A stretch of DNA of 64,000 bases from Reclinomonas americana ATCC 50394 (taxonomy: Eukaryota), in contig PS015363.1 in the NCBI GenBank assembly GCA_048213135.1, positions 6,600 to 70,599 of the forward strand, given 5' to 3'. Below are positions 61,763 through 64,000 of the stretch, one piece after another. Both the position numbers and the translations under genes were made by a program. Position 1 is the first letter of the stretch, and each line of letters opens with the position of its first letter. Below the pieces are notes generated by a model, which searched no databases, was not told the origin of the DNA, and saw nothing but the letters and a program-made list of their open reading frames with translations.

Positions 61763-63912
61763 CTAGCGACGAGGGGCTGATCGTGATGGGCCAGCCGAGG
61801 GCGGTGAACTGCCACTGCCCAGCTCGTTGATAAAGTAGTCGCGGAGATCTGGCGGCAGGGCATCGAGGTCGCGCGCATCGCGGAACACACCCTTCGGCAG
61901 GAACTTGAGCAGCTTGGAAGCATGCTCCCGAATCATGCGCTGTCGCTCCTGCTCGATAATGGCACGACGAGCAGCCTGTCGTGACTCCTCGTCCTCCATC
62001 TCCTGGCGCTCACGCTGCCGCTGCTCCTCCACCATGCGCCGACGTTCCTCAATGAGTCGGTCAACCTGAATGACACGAGTGAGTTGTCGTCGTCAGTGAT
62101 TTGCATGCGCATGGCCAAGACAAACTCTCCCACTCACCTCCTTGCGGTGGTCCATTTGCTTGCGACGACGCTTCTCTTGGCTGAGTTGCTCCAGGCGATC
62201 GTCTTCTGCGAACTTTTCCAGCATCTGGCGACGGAACTCGTCCTCCTCCAGGCGCTCGGCTTCCGCACGCTCGGCCTTGACACGCATCTGGAACTCGTTG
62301 GCCTGAATCATCTCCAGACGAGAGCGGATGCGCTTCTCGTTCTCCTCACGCTCCTTCTCGCGCTGCTTCTTGGCCTCCTCCTCCAAGTGCAGCTCCACCA
62401 GCAAGTTCTCGAACTCTTCCTGCTTGGCGCGCTCCTGCAGAATGCGCTCCGATTGCTGCACACACGTACACAGAAAACAGACACTGTCAGTCACCAGTTA
62501 TGAGAGAAGAGATGAAGAGCGTGTGCAAAGACGCAACAATGGCAAGCAAACGGTCCTTCTCGGCCTGCACACCCGCACGCTTGGCCTCGCTGACTGCTGC
62601 TCGCGACTCTTGCTCCTCCAGGTATCGGCGAATCTACACGAGAAAAAATGCACTCACATAAGTTGAACGGACCGGAGATGCTACACAAAATCCACGTGAC
62701 AAACCTGCTCGTTCTCCTCCTGCTGTCTCCGTCTCTCGTTCTCTNNNNNNNNNNNNNNNNNNNNNNNNNNNNNNNNNNNNNNNNNNNNNNNNNNNNNNNN
62801 NNNNNNNNNNNNNNNNNNNNNNNNNNNNNNNNNNNNNNNNNNNNNNNNNNNNNNNNNNNNNNNNNNNNNNNNNNNNNNNNNNNNNNNNNNNNNNNNNNNN
62901 NNNNNNNNNNNNNNNNNNNNNNNNNNNNNNNNNNNNNNNNNNNNNNNNNNNNNNNNNNNNNNNNNNNNNNNNNNNNNNNNNNNNNNNNNNNNNNNNNNNN
63001 NNNNNNNNNNNNNNNNNNNNNNNNNNNNNNNNNNNNNNNNNNNNNNNNNNNNNNNNNNNNNNNNNNNNNNNNNNNNNNNNNNNNNNNNNNNNNNNNNNNN
63101 NNNNNNNNNNNNNNNNNNNNNNNNNNNNNNNNNNNNNNNNNNNNNNNNNNNNNNNNNNNNNNNNNNNNNNNNNNNNNNNNNNNNNNNNNNNNNNNNNNNN
63201 NNNNNNNNNNNNNNNNNNNNNNNNNNNNNNNNNNNNNNNNNNNNNNNNNNNNNNNNNNNNNNNNNNNNNNNNNNNNNNNNNNNNNNNNNNNNNNNNNNNN
63301 NNNNNNNNNNNNNNNNNNNNNNNNNNNNNNNNNNNNNNNNNNNNNNNNNNNNNNNNNNNNNNNNNNNNNNNNNNNNNNNNNNNNNNNNNNNNNNNNNNNN
63401 NNNNNNNNNNNNNNNNCGCAGCACCTCCTGCTGCTGCAGGAACTCGCGAACGAATGCCTGCGTCTCCTCCTGCTTGCGCATGCGGTCCAGCTGTTCGCGC
63501 TCGTCCTCCAGCTGGATCTTACGCACGAGCTCGTCAATCGCATCCTTCTCGCGGAGGAACTCCTCATACGCATGCTGGCGTGCAATCTCGCGCTCCTCCA
63601 TCTGCTGCTGCAGCATGACCTTGCCCTCCAGCAAGTGCTCGTGTCGCAGTCGCTCCTTCTCGCGCTCCGCAGCGTCAGCCGCCAAACGCGCCTGCTCCAT
63701 CTCATCCGCCTTGACTCGGTCGTATTCCTGCACCGCACAAGGTGAGCCCTCACAACAGCCATGTGTGTGTGTGCGTGTGCGCGTGGACGCACCGCATCCT
63801 GCTGTTGCCGAATGCGTGCCTCCTCCACCTGATTGGCACGCTCCATGCTGACATACGCCACACGCAGCTTCGACTCCAAGTCCCTCAACTCATCGCTCTC
63901 CTCGCGAATGCG
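61763..63912 (-). CDS. MNS1: Meiosis-specific nuclear structural protein 1 (axonemal microtubule inner protein); 5' end beyond the window
   Basis: RIREESDELRDLESKLRVAYVSMERANQV; MLEKFAEDDRLEQLSQEKRRRKQMDHRKEVDRLIEERR; IIEQERQRMIREHASKLLKFLPKGVFRD. Confidence 0.88.
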
Positions 63913-64000
63913 CTGCGNNNNNNNNNNNNNNNNNNNNCCATTGTTCATCATCATTACCATCATTATCATGATCAGAGGAGAGCACACTGCCAGAGTCTCT

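Overview
Very gene-dense, GC-rich, intron-rich eukaryotic DNA from a flagellated protist (CFAP74, MNS1 and a TPGS1-like gene indicate cilia; the taxon cannot be determined from this window). It uses the standard genetic code and mostly 55-95 nt spliceosomal introns. About 21 genes were reconstructed by hand-splicing: an unknown membrane protein, CFAP74, a UBA-UBL-kinase, a Zn-finger/LysM/UBA/CaaX protein, a conserved uncharacterised protein, a C2H2 plus double-TALE homeobox gene, WDR43/UTP5, an LRR/coiled-coil protein, a TPGS1/CSTPP1-like gene, an SLC43-like MFS transporter, EI24, a TMEM189/CarF desaturase, ZNHIT1, PSME4/PA200, an EXPERA protein, an F-box/LRR protein, Spc24, an ELL-like factor, a FabG/CBR4-like SDR, an SRF-type MADS factor and MNS1. 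Four observations stand out. (1) Nearly every N-gap closes with no missing bases, and the five large co-linear gaps all fall on a YTCG motif. (2) Two gap-flanked segments (12998-13607 and 53590-58256) are inverted; flipping them restores three split genes (LysM, F-box/LRR, Spc24) in frame. (3) A frequent second class of 5' splice donors, GTT(G/T)CGT, is shifted one base from the main G|GTGCGT class. (4) A perfect TGACA palindrome overlies the start codon of the double-TALE gene. Exon boundaries and product calls come from motif recognition, not database searches.
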